Part shown: in pieces, positions 23,652 through 36,305 of the stretch
How positions within the stretch are numbered: the stretch's first letter is position 1
How the letters are laid out: each line of letters opens with the position of its first letter
Assembly: GCA_965218465.1 (NCBI GenBank)
Contig: OZ244623.1
Span: forward strand, 3,032,237 to 3,096,236
Source of the DNA: Acidobacteriota bacterium
GTDB lineage: Bacteria; Acidobacteriota; UBA6911; RPQK01; G965218465
DNA length: 64,000 bases
Direction: 5' to 3'
The notes under the pieces: model-generated
Database searches by the model: none
What the model was told of the DNA's origin: nothing
Seen by the model: only the letters and a program-made list of their open reading frames with translations
Position numbers and translations under genes: made by a program

Positions 23652-24833
23652 TCAATCTTTGAACGGATTGAACTTGTCGGCGCCGGCCATGGCTACGCCG
23701 ATGGGCCGTAGAACGTGCACGACTTTGATCGTGTTCTGGTGGGCCTTCAAAACGTCCGGCAGACGTTTGTAACAGTGGGGAGATTCATCTGTCCCGGCAC
23801 CGCGCAACTCCACACCCATGTCGGTTATCCAGGCCAGCATCATTTTGCGGCTGATTTCTCCCGGTGTCATTTGCACCGGGCGGCCCTTCTTATACTTGAC
23901 CTTACCGGCGGCCCGGCGCCTGGACATCACACGTCCGGCCCCGTGCACCGTCGAATAGAGAGCCTTTTCGCTCTCTGCCGAATCGATTCCTTCGAGGATG
24001 ACCGAGCAGTCCCCCATGGACCCGCCCACGAAGCCCCTCTGTCCGGGGAAGGCAGGCGTGGCACCCTTGCGGACAACCCACAACTCTTGCCCCCCGTGTT
24101 CTTCTTCCCAGGCAAAGTTATGGTGGTTGTGAACTTCTTCCAGAACGGCTGCCCCCATCAGCGCGGCAACCCTCTCACAAACCCAGTCTCGGCCGGCGTA
24201 GGCATAGCGGCCGGCCAGCCTCATGCAGGTAACGTACTCGGCTCCCAGCGACGTGTGTACTTCCAGCAACACCGGGTCGGCGTGCATTCCGGTCTGGCCG
24301 CCGCCCACCTTGATGAAGTGATTGGCCAACTTGTAGCCCAGGCCCCGCGAGCCGAAATGAACCCCTACCCATACGCGTGACTTTTCGTCAACCAGAAGGT
24401 CAACGTAGTGATTACCGCTACCAATGGTTCCCAACTGGTTACGGGCCAGCTGCCGGAGGCGAGCAGCTTCCGGAACGTACCAGGCCGGATCATCATCAAA
24501 GAGTGGGTGGTGACACTTCTCCTTGTTGACTCGCCCCACACCGAAGGAAATCGACTGCCAGATGTCGTCCATGATGGTAGGAATCTCGGTCTTGATGTCT
24601 TCGTACGCACAATCCAGTAACACCGCCTTGTTCCCACAACCGATGTCGAAACCTACACCCGAGGGGCTCACCCTGTCCTGATAGGCCATCACCCCGCCAA
24701 TGGGAACTGAGTAGCCGAGGTGGTGATCTGCCATCAATGCACAATGTTCGGCATCCTGGGCACACCTCTTCATTTGCTGAACCGCATTGTCCATTGGCTC
24801 TCCCCAAACGGGGATTCCGTCAACGAGTTTCAT
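23652..24833 (-). CDS. rtcB: RtcB-family RNA ligase
   Basis: DHHLGY, GFDIGCG, GTIGSGNHY, HFGSRG, HNHHN, VRKGAT, HGAGR, DESPHCYK. Confidence 0.92.
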   Translation of the reverse strand: MKLVDGIPVWGEPMDNAVQQMKRCAQDAEHCALMADHHLGYSVPIGGVMAYQDRVSPSGVGFDIGCGNKAVLLDCAYEDIKTEIPTIMDDIWQSISFGVGRVNKEKCHHPLFDDDPAWYVPEAARLRQLARNQLGTIGSGNHYVDLLVDEKSRVWVGVHFGSRGLGYKLANHFIKVGGGQTGMHADPVLLEVHTSLGAEYVTCMRLAGRYAYAGRDWVCERVAALMGAAVLEEVHNHHNFAWEEEHGGQELWVVRKGATPAFPGQRGFVGGSMGDCSVILEGIDSAESEKALYSTVHGAGRVMSRRRAAGKVKYKKGRPVQMTPGEISRKMMLAWITDMGVELRGAGTDESPHCYKRLPDVLKAHQNTIKVVHVLRPIGVAMAGADKFNPFKD

Positions 24834-25452
24834 CTTCCCAAATACTTACTATATCGCCGACGCTCCCGACTCTTCACCAGCCAAGAGTGCTGGAGACAGG
24901 ATTGCGCTCCCGTGATCGTACATTCTCGCCATCCGGAACCCTGCCTTAAATCCAAAACTGTTTCGGAAGCCGGCGGCGCCCCGCATCTCTTTCTCAATCT
25001 TCGCGAAAACAATGGCTACACTACGGAGCATACGGTCCTCTCCGAAGCTACCGTCAAGAAGATCTCTATTGGGTGGGAGCGAGCGTGAACACCGAGTCGA
25101 CACTGGATTCGGTGGGCGAGATTCTGAAGGAACGGGGGGAGGAAGGTCGGCTCTGAGCGAGAAGGAGCTAACGCGTTGTCAATCTGAGTTGGTAAGGGTA
25201 TGATCCAGCAGGCTGAGGAAATGGGAGCCAAGGCACGACTGCGTGGGCGGAGAAGAGGACTCCGGGAGTGTTTTCCCTGTCCTAGCATGAATTTGCCGGC
25301 ACGTTACCTCCATCCATCCGAAACGATGTCTCTCGCCTCCTCACACTTCTCGACGCACTGGGCGAGTAGGCTTGGCACTTGTGCACTTCACTAGAAGAAC
25401 CTATGCATAACCCGGCCTAGACAGTCGGCTCCCTCGGCTTCGAGGACGTCTG

Positions 25453-27879
25453 ATGAATCACCGAATCGGACTACTGGCCTGCATGTTGTTGGCGTTGCTG
25501 TTTTTCGGAGATACCTACTTCACAGAACGAACTCTGGTCCCCGCTGACTTCCTGTATCAGAACGAACCCTGGAAGTCGGAATGGCCAGCCTTTCAGAGCG
25601 AGCTCCCCCAACATTTCGATCTGGTGTTCCAGTTCTATCCCTGGGCTGATTTCTTGAAGCGTTGCGTAGAGAGCGGTGAATTTCCTCTATGGAATCCCTT
25701 TAGCTATATGGGAACACCTTTTTTTGCCAACCCCCAAACTGCCGTACTGTTTCCGTTGACATGGATTCATCTGATTTTTCCACTCACTTTCTCCTTCTCT
25801 TTGATTTTCACTTGCAAGCTAGTCATGGCGCTTCTGGGCATGTATCTGCTACTCAGAAAACAGCAGCTGAGCCCGGAGGCTAGCTTGATTGGGGCGGTCC
25901 TGTTTTCCCTATCGATGCACACTGTTGCGTCTCTAGCCTATCCCTACTCGAACGTGACCGTGCTCTTCCCATGGGCGGTCTTGTTGGTGGACCGATTGAT
26001 CGAGGATTCAAACTTCACTTGCTGGTGTGGACTCACGATTCTACTGATGATGTTGGTCCTGGGAGGACAGCCTCAGTCGGCCTTGGTTGCGTTCCTCTTT
26101 GCGGGACTCTTCGCCGGTCTGCGGATCCTGCATGAGAAGAGGAGACGTATCCGCGGACTGATCCTGGTGTCTGCCGCTTTCGCGATTTCCACGTTGTTAT
26201 CGGCAGTGCAGTGGGTCCCTTCGAAGGAGTACTTCGAGCACAGCATGGCCGCGCTGGGCCCTCGAATAGTCCACTCGATACCAGCCTACCCTCCTGGGAA
26301 TTTGATGAATTTTTTGGTGCCCGACTTTTTCGGTAGCTCCTTGGACGGAAACTTCTGGGGATTCCCAGACTACCCTGCCAGTGCCTTTTACTCCTCAATT
26401 TTCTGTTTGTTGCTGGTACCCTTTGCCATTGGACACAGGAATTCCGAGAGGGCCTCGTTCGTACTGTTTTGCACGCTGACTTTGGTGGCGTCTGCGGGAT
26501 TCGTGTTTGGTCTGCCCGTTTTCGAGAGCTTGCTCGATCTACCGGGCCTTCGACTGGTTCGGCGGAACAAATTCGTCTTTCTCATGATTTTCGCTTTGTC
26601 CGGCTTGGCGGCGAAGGGGGCGGAAAGGCTTTTCTCAAGACCTTCTATTCAGACTCCCACCGACCAGGATCGGCTTGATCGATTTCTCAAAGTGCAATGG
26701 GTGGGACCGGCGATCCTGGCGGTTCTCCTATTCGGCATCTGGCAATTCCGACCTTTCCTCACCGAATTGAAATTGACCGGGACCACATTACTGAACGCCT
26801 CTCACTCAGCCTTGTTTCTCTTGCTTGCCGTGTTGCTTCTGATGGTGTTCAGGGGAGCCAAGTTGAGAGTGTTGCTGGTTTCTTTGATTGCGGTGGATCT
26901 GGTCATGGTCTCTCACGCCATAAACCCACGGGGCAAGGCCGAGTCTCTGTATCCGTCCCTGGAGGTCGTCAAGAGACTTGAGGGGTCTCCCCCTCGAATC
27001 TACTCGTTCGGAAGCGTTTTCCCTCCCAACGCGGGAATGGTTTACGCTCTCCAGGATGTGCGGGCCTATGATGTGATGACGCCTCGCCGACTGTTCCGGT
27101 TCCTGCAGGAGATTGACCCCAATCTGGGCAACGCCTACGCTTGGCTTGAGCGCATTGAGCCGGATCGTCTCAACCCACGGACCCGACTGAGGAGAGGCTG
27201 GGAAGGTGCAATACAGGAGCATGGTGCGGAACTCGTGGATTACCTGAAACGAGATTCCTATTCGTCGGTGTCGATTCAAAGAATCAAGAATCCGAAACTT
27301 TTCAATCTGCTCAACATGCGGTACCTTCTGCGGACCAAGCGGAGGGCTGAACTCCAAAACTACACCGAACTTGAGAATGGACCGGCGGGCTTCTCCATTT
27401 ACTCGAATCCAGGAGCTAGGCGAGTCCACTTCTTCAGCGACTGGCGCGAGGCCAATTCGGAAAACGCGTTGGAGTACGTTCTGAAGACAGACTTGAGCCG
27501 AACTGTGATTGCCGAGTCTACATCTCCTGTATCTCCCACCGGCCGGAAGGCCGAATTCACCATTCGGGAAACCGGCAGGGGGTTCAACTTCAGAACTTAT
27601 GTTGTGAAGACCGATCAATGGGGGGTACTGGTAGAGTTCGAGCGATTCTATCCGGGTTGGAGAGCGTATGTGGATGGCCAGTTGCAGCAAGTCTTCCCCG
27701 CAGATTTCTTGTTTCGTGGTGTGTTTATTTCTCCAGGGCTGCATTCTGTCGAATTGAGATTTGAGCCGAGAAGTGTTGGTACTGGCCTGGCCCTTTCAAT
27801 CCTGGGTTTGGTTTTGCTGGGTTGCTTTGGCGTATGGGTCCGCAAGGGGGTGCAGAGCACAACCGAGCTGCGACGCTGA
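25453..27879 (+). CDS. YfhO-family (GT-C-like) multi-pass membrane protein
   Basis: PLWNPFSYMGTPFFANPQ, many TM segments, C-terminal FYPGWRAYVDG, FRGVFISPGLHSVELRFEP. Confidence 0.8.
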   Translation: MNHRIGLLACMLLALLFFGDTYFTERTLVPADFLYQNEPWKSEWPAFQSELPQHFDLVFQFYPWADFLKRCVESGEFPLWNPFSYMGTPFFANPQTAVLFPLTWIHLIFPLTFSFSLIFTCKLVMALLGMYLLLRKQQLSPEASLIGAVLFSLSMHTVASLAYPYSNVTVLFPWAVLLVDRLIEDSNFTCWCGLTILLMMLVLGGQPQSALVAFLFAGLFAGLRILHEKRRRIRGLILVSAAFAISTLLSAVQWVPSKEYFEHSMAALGPRIVHSIPAYPPGNLMNFLVPDFFGSSLDGNFWGFPDYPASAFYSSIFCLLLVPFAIGHRNSERASFVLFCTLTLVASAGFVFGLPVFESLLDLPGLRLVRRNKFVFLMIFALSGLAAKGAERLFSRPSIQTPTDQDRLDRFLKVQWVGPAILAVLLFGIWQFRPFLTELKLTGTTLLNASHSALFLLLAVLLLMVFRGAKLRVLLVSLIAVDLVMVSHAINPRGKAESLYPSLEVVKRLEGSPPRIYSFGSVFPPNAGMVYALQDVRAYDVMTPRRLFRFLQEIDPNLGNAYAWLERIEPDRLNPRTRLRRGWEGAIQEHGAELVDYLKRDSYSSVSIQRIKNPKLFNLLNMRYLLRTKRRAELQNYTELENGPAGFSIYSNPGARRVHFFSDWREANSENALEYVLKTDLSRTVIAESTSPVSPTGRKAEFTIRETGRGFNFRTYVVKTDQWGVLVEFERFYPGWRAYVDGQLQQVFPADFLFRGVFISPGLHSVELRFEPRSVGTGLALSILGLVLLGCFGVWVRKGVQSTTELRR

Positions 27880-28029
27880 AGGAGCCCCAGGGGCTGCGAG
27901 GTTCGAGCAGACAGATAGAGGTTGAGTGAACCAGAACCGGATTCAGCTGAAATTAGGCGGCGACCGCGGTCCTCAAAGTCCAGCCAACCCGAGGGGTTGG
28001 AGAACCAAACAGAGCCCGATCGACTCAAA

Positions 28030-28173
28030 CTATCGATCTATTCGGTCGGCGGGCTGATCATGTCGTTCTTGCGCCATGGTTGCCAGCAAATGGGTTGGCC
28101 GCAGTATATTCAGGAGATCATTATGGGCGTGATCATCGTGCTGGCAGTTTCATTAGATCGCGCGCGCCGGTAA
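28030..28173 (+). pseudogene. C-terminal remnant of an RbsC-type sugar ABC permease
   Basis: VGGLIMSFLRHGCQQMGWPQYIQEIIMGVIIVLAVSLDR resembles the RbsC C-terminus; no N-terminal part or partner genes. Confidence 0.65.
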
Positions 28174-28313
28174 GGGATCCTTAATGAGGGCGGTGAATAC
28201 CTTTCGGATGAAACAGAAGCGTAAGAAGAAGTGGCGGCAACCGGGTCCAGGTCTTGTTTGTTGCTGTGCCGCAAAATTGTGTTAAAACGGAACTTGAACC
28301 AAGAGGGGGATGC

Positions 28314-29720
28314 ATGAAAAAGAGTTCCAAACAACCCTCGCGCCGGGAATTTCTCAAACTGGCAGCCGCTACCGGAGCCGCAGGAAAGGCCACTGGTCAA
28401 CTGCTGGCATCCAGTACACTCGAACCCCGTCATCTCGTGCAATCGGAAGTCTCAGCCAACGATCGCATTGGCTTGGCCACCATTGGAATGGGGATCATCG
28501 GTTTCGACGACACGCGGACCGCTCTCCGGATCCCAGGAGTGGAACTGGTGGCCGTAGCCGACTGTTATGACGGCCGTCTGACTCGTACCAAGGAGGTTTT
28601 TGGCGACCACGTGTCCACGACCCATGACTACCGTGAAGTCTTGGCCCGCTCCGATGTTGATGTGGTGATCATTTCCACCCCTGATCATTGGCACCAGAGG
28701 ATGGCGATTGATGCCCTGAAAGCCGGCAAGGGGGTCTACTGCGAAAAGCCGATGGTGCAGAAGATCGAGGAGGGGCACGCTCTGATCAAGGCCGCCAAAG
28801 CTGCCTCGCAGCCGATTCAAATCGGTAGCCAAGTCGTCAGCTCGGTGATCACTGAAAAGGCCCGCCAGCTCTATCGGGCAGGGGCGATCGGCGAACTGAA
28901 CATGGTGAATATCTTGATCAGTCGCAACTCGGCTTTCGGAGCCTGGGAGTATAGTATCCCGCCCGATGCCTCCACCGAAACGATTGAATGGGAAGACTTT
29001 TTGGGGCATGCTCCCCGTGTCCCGTTTGATGTGGACCGCTTTTTTCGCTGGCGAAAGTATTGGGACTACGGGACCGGGGTAGCCGGTGACATGTACGTTC
29101 ACCGGTTCACTGCTTTACATCGAATCGTCGATTCCAACGGGCCCGTTAAGGCCATGGCCACGGGCGGGGTCCGCTACTGGAAAGAGCGTCGCGAAGTGCC
29201 CGATTTGATTCTGGGTCTGTATGAGTATCCCAAAACCGACAGCCACCCGGCGTTCACGTTACAGTTGGGCGCCAATTTTCAAGACGGAGGCCACGGCTCA
29301 ACTTTCCAGCTGATTGGAAACGAAGGAATTCTGCAGATCGGCAATGGCAGCGTCCAGGTCACCCGAGCCACACCTCGGCCTATTTCACTGCAGCAAGTCG
29401 TGGAGGGTTACAATTCGGTGCGTACTTTCGCCGAGGCCCAGCAAAAGGCTTTCATTCGGCAGTACAAAGAGCGGGAGGCCGAGCAGTCTCGAACCAGCGT
29501 CGAGTTGGGCGGCTCGAGTGAGTTCCGCGCACCCCGCGGCTACGATAGCCGCTTGGATCATTTTCGGACCCTTTTTGAGGCCATGCGCGGGCGGGCCAAA
29601 ATAATCGAAGATGCTGACTTTGGGTTCCGAGCCGCTGCGCCTGCGCTTTTGGCCAACCTCTGCTATCTGGATGACAGGGTCTATCGCTGGGACCCTGACG
29701 CAATGAAGTTAAAGAGCTGA
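28314..29720 (+). CDS. Gfo/Idh/MocA family oxidoreductase with Tat signal
   Basis: SRREFLK twin-arginine, [37 protein letters not shown]. Confidence 0.92.
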   Translation: MKKSSKQPSRREFLKLAAATGAAGKATGQLLASSTLEPRHLVQSEVSANDRIGLATIGMGIIGFDDTRTALRIPGVELVAVADCYDGRLTRTKEVFGDHVSTTHDYREVLARSDVDVVIISTPDHWHQRMAIDALKAGKGVYCEKPMVQKIEEGHALIKAAKAASQPIQIGSQVVSSVITEKARQLYRAGAIGELNMVNILISRNSAFGAWEYSIPPDASTETIEWEDFLGHAPRVPFDVDRFFRWRKYWDYGTGVAGDMYVHRFTALHRIVDSNGPVKAMATGGVRYWKERREVPDLILGLYEYPKTDSHPAFTLQLGANFQDGGHGSTFQLIGNEGILQIGNGSVQVTRATPRPISLQQVVEGYNSVRTFAEAQQKAFIRQYKEREAEQSRTSVELGGSSEFRAPRGYDSRLDHFRTLFEAMRGRAKIIEDADFGFRAAAPALLANLCYLDDRVYRWDPDAMKLKS

Positions 29721-29989
29721 CCGGACACCCGGAAACGGCGGGTACCGGGCACTCCCCATTGCTCAACCTTCCGGAGAGCCGTTTTAACCTCGCTAGCACC
29801 GTAGCAAGATCGTCTTAATCGGGCTGCAAGAAACTCGGCCTGGGATAGCTTTCGGAAAAAGACACTGCTCCGTTGGTGCGTAAGCGGCTGCGTTGACGTT
29901 ACTTATCGCCCAGGCTGCGGCCTGCTTCAAACTTTCCGGCGAGAAATGCGGGCCAGGGACTGGAATCCGGCGTGGTATAATTGACCCCT

Positions 29990-32109
<2,120 letters not shown>

Positions 32110-32174
32110 GGGGTTGTTCTGTTATACTGTCGGCTTCTTACCTGACGGTAGAGATTCAGAAAGAACCGCAAAAC

Positions 32175-32477
32175 ATGGTGCAGTTTGTTCTGGCCCAGCA
32201 GGGCACGTCTCCGGGGATGATTGGACTCTTACCGATTGCTGCCATTGCATTGATCTTTTATTTCTTGATGTATCGACCGGTCAAGAAGCGACAGAAATCC
32301 CTGGAAGCGATGGTGGCCCAACTCAAGAATGGTGACAAGGTCATCACCAACGGCGGAATTTACGGTACCGTGGCTGGTATTCGCGACCTCACCGTGTTGC
32401 TCAAGGTGGCAGACCAGGCCAAGATTGAAGTGGCCAAGAGCGCCATTGCTTCGATGCAAACCCAGGCTCAGGATTGA
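32175..32477 (+). CDS. yajC: Preprotein translocase subunit YajC
   Basis: One TM, IFYFLMYRP, GDKVITNGGIYG; lies between tgt and secD. Confidence 0.95.
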   Translation: MVQFVLAQQGTSPGMIGLLPIAAIALIFYFLMYRPVKKRQKSLEAMVAQLKNGDKVITNGGIYGTVAGIRDLTVLLKVADQAKIEVAKSAIASMQTQAQD

Positions 32478-32520
32478 CCCCTGCTCTTTGGGACCCAAGC
32501 TCAAAATATAAGCAGCATCC

Positions 32521-34095
32521 ATGAGCAAGAATCTGCGATATCGATGGTTGGTTGTTGGGCTGGCTGTGATTGGCGCCACTTATTTTTACTGGAGTCGAGG
32601 CGTCAATCTTGGTTTGGATCTCCAAGGTGGCATCCATCTGGTGCTGCAGGTGGAAACGGGCAAGTCGTTGGAAGCCGAGATCGAGCAGGTGCGAGATCGG
32701 CTGGAATCGGGACTGCGGGATAAGGAAGTCACCTTTACCAGTGTGGAAATTGTTGACTCCACGCTCACTGTCAGCGGTGTCCCCAATGATCAAGCCGACG
32801 CTGCGGAGGAGGAAATCGGACTGATGGCCGCATCCTGGAATTCGCGCAGCCGGGTGCAGGGCGGTGAAATCAATTACACACTCGAAATGCGGGCCGCCGC
32901 CCGCAAGGCCCTGCTTGAGCTGACAGTGCGTCAAGTCAGGGAGATTATCCTAAATCGAATCGACCAATACGGAGTGACCGAGCCCACAATCACGGTCTAC
33001 GGTAGTGGAGAGATCCAAGATCAGATCATTGTTGAGCTTCCGGGGGTCGACGACTTTGACCGCGTAGTCCAACTGATTCGAGACACGGCCAAGCTGGAGC
33101 TGAGACTGGTACATCCCACCCATAACGACTTCTATCCGTCAGAAGCGGCTATCCTCGGTCTCTTCAACAACAATCTACCGGCCGATTACGAGATTCTGGC
33201 ATACCAATCAGAGACCCAAGGCGCTCAGCCCCAACTTATGATCGTGCGCAAGGCAGCCGTGATCACGGGCCAACATCTGAAAAACGCTCGTCGCTCGGAA
33301 AACCCTTTCACGGGACAATCAGAAGTCAGTTTTTTTCTCAATTCCGATGGCGTCACGCTGTTTAGCAAAGCGACCGGAGAGAATATCGGCAATCTGCTGT
33401 CGATTGTGCTCGACCGTCAGATCATTTCGGCCCCGCGCGTCGACGAGAAAATCCCCAGTGAATCGGCAGTGATCCGCGGATCCTTCACGCCGGAGGAGGC
33501 CGATGACCTGGCCTTGAAATTGCGGTCGGGGGCTCTGCCGGCGCCGATTGTGATCCTCGAACAACGGAGCGTGGGGCCGTCGCTAGGCCTGGATTCGATT
33601 CGACGAGGGCTGTCGGCCTCAATACTCGGGATGACTCTGGTGGTCCTCTTGATGCTGGTAGTCTACAAGTTGTCAGGGATCAATGCGGTTGTTTGTTTGG
33701 CCCTGAACCTATTGCTTCTGGTGGGGTGTTTGTCCGCTTTCGGCGCGACTCTGACTTTGCCCGGCATTGCAGGTGTGATTCTGACTATCGGGATTGCCGT
33801 CGACGCCAATATTTTGATCTTTGAGCGAATTAAAGAAGAGTTGCGGCGCGGCAAGACGCTTCGGAGCGGGGTTGAGTCAGCCTTTGGTCGCGTTTTCAGC
33901 ACCATTCTTGACACCAACATTACCACCCTGGTGGCAGCTCTTTTTCTGTTTCAGTTCGGTACCGGTCCGGTACGTGGGTTTGCGGTAACCCTGGCGGCCG
34001 GCCTTTTGGCCAATATTTTTACGGCAACCTTCGTGTCGCGGACCATCTTCCTCTCTATCTTGCAGAACCGCAATGTCAAGCGGCTGTCGATTTGA
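32521..34095 (+). CDS. secD: Protein translocase subunit SecD
   Basis: LGLDLQGG, RIDQYGVTEP, LRSGALP, VGPSLG, AVDANILIFERIKEE, DTNITT. Confidence 0.97.
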   Translation: MSKNLRYRWLVVGLAVIGATYFYWSRGVNLGLDLQGGIHLVLQVETGKSLEAEIEQVRDRLESGLRDKEVTFTSVEIVDSTLTVSGVPNDQADAAEEEIGLMAASWNSRSRVQGGEINYTLEMRAAARKALLELTVRQVREIILNRIDQYGVTEPTITVYGSGEIQDQIIVELPGVDDFDRVVQLIRDTAKLELRLVHPTHNDFYPSEAAILGLFNNNLPADYEILAYQSETQGAQPQLMIVRKAAVITGQHLKNARRSENPFTGQSEVSFFLNSDGVTLFSKATGENIGNLLSIVLDRQIISAPRVDEKIPSESAVIRGSFTPEEADDLALKLRSGALPAPIVILEQRSVGPSLGLDSIRRGLSASILGMTLVVLLMLVVYKLSGINAVVCLALNLLLLVGCLSAFGATLTLPGIAGVILTIGIAVDANILIFERIKEELRRGKTLRSGVESAFGRVFSTILDTNITTLVAALFLFQFGTGPVRGFAVTLAAGLLANIFTATFVSRTIFLSILQNRNVKRLSI

Positions 34096-34156
34096 GGGAA
34101 CTATCGGTTCCTAGCAGGAACTAAGACAACAGGAGCAATTCCGGGAAAAGATAGGA

Positions 34157-35338
34157 ATGGAAATCTTCAAGGATCCAAAGGTCGAGTGGCTCAAATACAA
34201 ATGGGTCTTTATCGGTCTTTCCACCGTGCTGGCCTCCTGCGGTGCTCTATCGCTGCTGGTTCACGGACTCAATCTCGGAGTGGATTTCTCGGGAGGGACG
34301 CTGGTTTACGTCAAGTTCAAGGAGACTCCCGACCTGGAGAGAATTCGAAGCGTTCTGAGGGGCGGGGACTTGAACGCTGAAGAGGTGACCCGGTTTGACG
34401 AGCCGGAGCTGAACCAGGTCCAGATTCGGATGTCGAGTATCGGCGAAGACGTTTCCGGGGAGCTAACCCAGCAAAGCGCGCGAGTGCTGGAAAAACTACA
34501 CGCCGAATTCGATCGCGAGTTTGTCGGCGGAACCAAATGGGATTTCAACAACATTAACCGGTCGGAATTGGCGATGCGGTTGGCTGATGCCAATTTGGAG
34601 GGACTCGATGGCAGTGAAGATGTTGAGGCGCTGCCGGAGGATCATGAGGCGTTGGCGGCCCGGATCATTGACTTTCGCAGCCAGCGGGGCGGAGTGATCC
34701 ATAGCCTGGAAGAACTGGAAGAGGCTGGTCTTTCCCAATCCTTGCGTGATTGGGCCTCTGAGAATTTCTATCTGGGTAGCTTTAACCTCATCAGTGTCGA
34801 AAGCGTGGGGCCCAAGGTTGGACGGGAGCTGATGGACCGGGCCAGTTCCGCAGTCTTGTTCTCGTTGATCGGAATGCTCATCTACATTGCTTGGCGATTT
34901 CGCACCATTTACGGAATCGCGGCCATCGCGGCGCTGTTTCATGATGTGTTCATCACCTTGGGATTTTTCTCACTTTTCAACAAGGAAATCTCGCTGACAG
35001 TGGTGGCCGCGCTGTTGACGTTGGTGGGCTATTCGATCAATGACACAATCGTGGTCTTCGATCGAGTTCGCGAGAACCGACGCTTGGCGCGGCGGGAAGA
35101 TTTGGGGTCGATCATCAACCGGAGCATCAACCAAACACTGAATCGAACCGTTCTGACCTCGGGGGGCACATTCTTGGCGGTGATGGCTCTTTATCTGCGG
35201 GGAGGGCAAGTGCTCAATGGGTTCTCGTTTGCGCTGGTGGTCGGCATCATCATTGGGACCTACTCTTCAGTGGCAATCGCGAGTCCGATTGTCTTGTGGT
35301 GGCAAAATTTTACCCAACGACGCAAGGCTCGAATCTGA
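34157..35338 (+). CDS. secF: Protein translocase subunit SecF with an enlarged periplasmic domain
   Basis: LGVDFSGG, VGPKVG, HDV, GYSINDTIVVFDRVRE, GTYSS. Confidence 0.96.
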   Translation: MEIFKDPKVEWLKYKWVFIGLSTVLASCGALSLLVHGLNLGVDFSGGTLVYVKFKETPDLERIRSVLRGGDLNAEEVTRFDEPELNQVQIRMSSIGEDVSGELTQQSARVLEKLHAEFDREFVGGTKWDFNNINRSELAMRLADANLEGLDGSEDVEALPEDHEALAARIIDFRSQRGGVIHSLEELEEAGLSQSLRDWASENFYLGSFNLISVESVGPKVGRELMDRASSAVLFSLIGMLIYIAWRFRTIYGIAAIAALFHDVFITLGFFSLFNKEISLTVVAALLTLVGYSINDTIVVFDRVRENRRLARREDLGSIINRSINQTLNRTVLTSGGTFLAVMALYLRGGQVLNGFSFALVVGIIIGTYSSVAIASPIVLWWQNFTQRRKARI

Positions 35339-35510
35339 GAAGATTGCCTGGATGTTCATACGATTTTATCTTGTAGTATCTTACGACTGGAGAGAGAGAA
35401 AATCTATTAGTTCTTGACTCGTTTGGAGACGAATAGTAACATCGGCGCCTTGTGAAGCCGGTTTCAAATCCGACTGGGCAAGATCACTGAGGGGAAGGGA
35501 GGGTGTCCCT

Positions 35511-36263
35511 ATGTTCGATCATTTAATCGAATCCACATCAAACCGCAAGCGGCGAGGGGGGAACAGGACCTTTTTCATCTCGTTCTTGGTGCACGCTCTC
35601 GCGATTGGAATATTCGTGGTGATTCCGCTCTACTTTTACGCAGAGCTCGATGAGGGAGAATTGCTCACCTTCCTGGCGGCACCGCCACCGCCGCCACCAC
35701 CGCCGCCACCGCCACCACCACCGGCCAATGAACCGATTGTCCGACCCAAGATTCAGGTGGTGAAACTTGATCCCAACAGGTTCACGGCTCCGGTCGAAAT
35801 ACCTGACGACATTCCGGCACCGGTCGATGATGTTCCGGCCCTATCCACCTTTACTGGGGGTATTCCGGGCGGAGTGACTGGTGGAATCGTGGGTGGCGTC
35901 CCGGGCGGTGTTCGTGGAGGCGTGATCGGTGGCGTGCCGGCTGCACCACCACCGCCGCCGCCAAAGGCGGCCCGGAAACCGGTTCGAGTCGGCGGCAATG
36001 TCCAGAACTCAAAGCTGATCCGCAAGGTTCAACCGATTTACCCGGAACTGGCCAAGCGGGCTCGGGTTTCGGCCGTCGTGTTGCTGCAAGTCACGGTCAG
36101 CGAACTGGGCGAGGTTGTTGATATCAAGCTCGTGCGAGGACATCCTCTTCTCAACCAGGCTGCTATCGACGCGGTCCGGCAGTGGCGATACTCGCCCACT
36201 CTGCTCAACGGTGAACCGGTGCCTGTCATCGCTACCGTTACTGTCAACTTTATCCTCAGATAA
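35511..36263 (+). CDS. tonB: TonB-family energy transducer
   Basis: TM with SxxxH (SFLVH), poly-Pro and Gly-rich linker, C-terminal PIYPELAKRARV, AAIDAVRQWRYSP. Confidence 0.9.
   Translation: MFDHLIESTSNRKRRGGNRTFFISFLVHALAIGIFVVIPLYFYAELDEGELLTFLAAPPPPPPPPPPPPPPANEPIVRPKIQVVKLDPNRFTAPVEIPDDIPAPVDDVPALSTFTGGIPGGVTGGIVGGVPGGVRGGVIGGVPAAPPPPPPKAARKPVRVGGNVQNSKLIRKVQPIYPELAKRARVSAVVLLQVTVSELGEVVDIKLVRGHPLLNQAAIDAVRQWRYSPTLLNGEPVPVIATVTVNFILR
35682..35723 (+). repeat. Poly-proline tract (14 CCG/CCA codons) in tonB
   Basis: CCG/CCA run read directly from the sequence. Confidence 0.9.
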
Positions 36264-36305
36264 CAAGGAACCAGGAATTCTGAGCTAGCGAATGGGAGAT
36301 TGACA

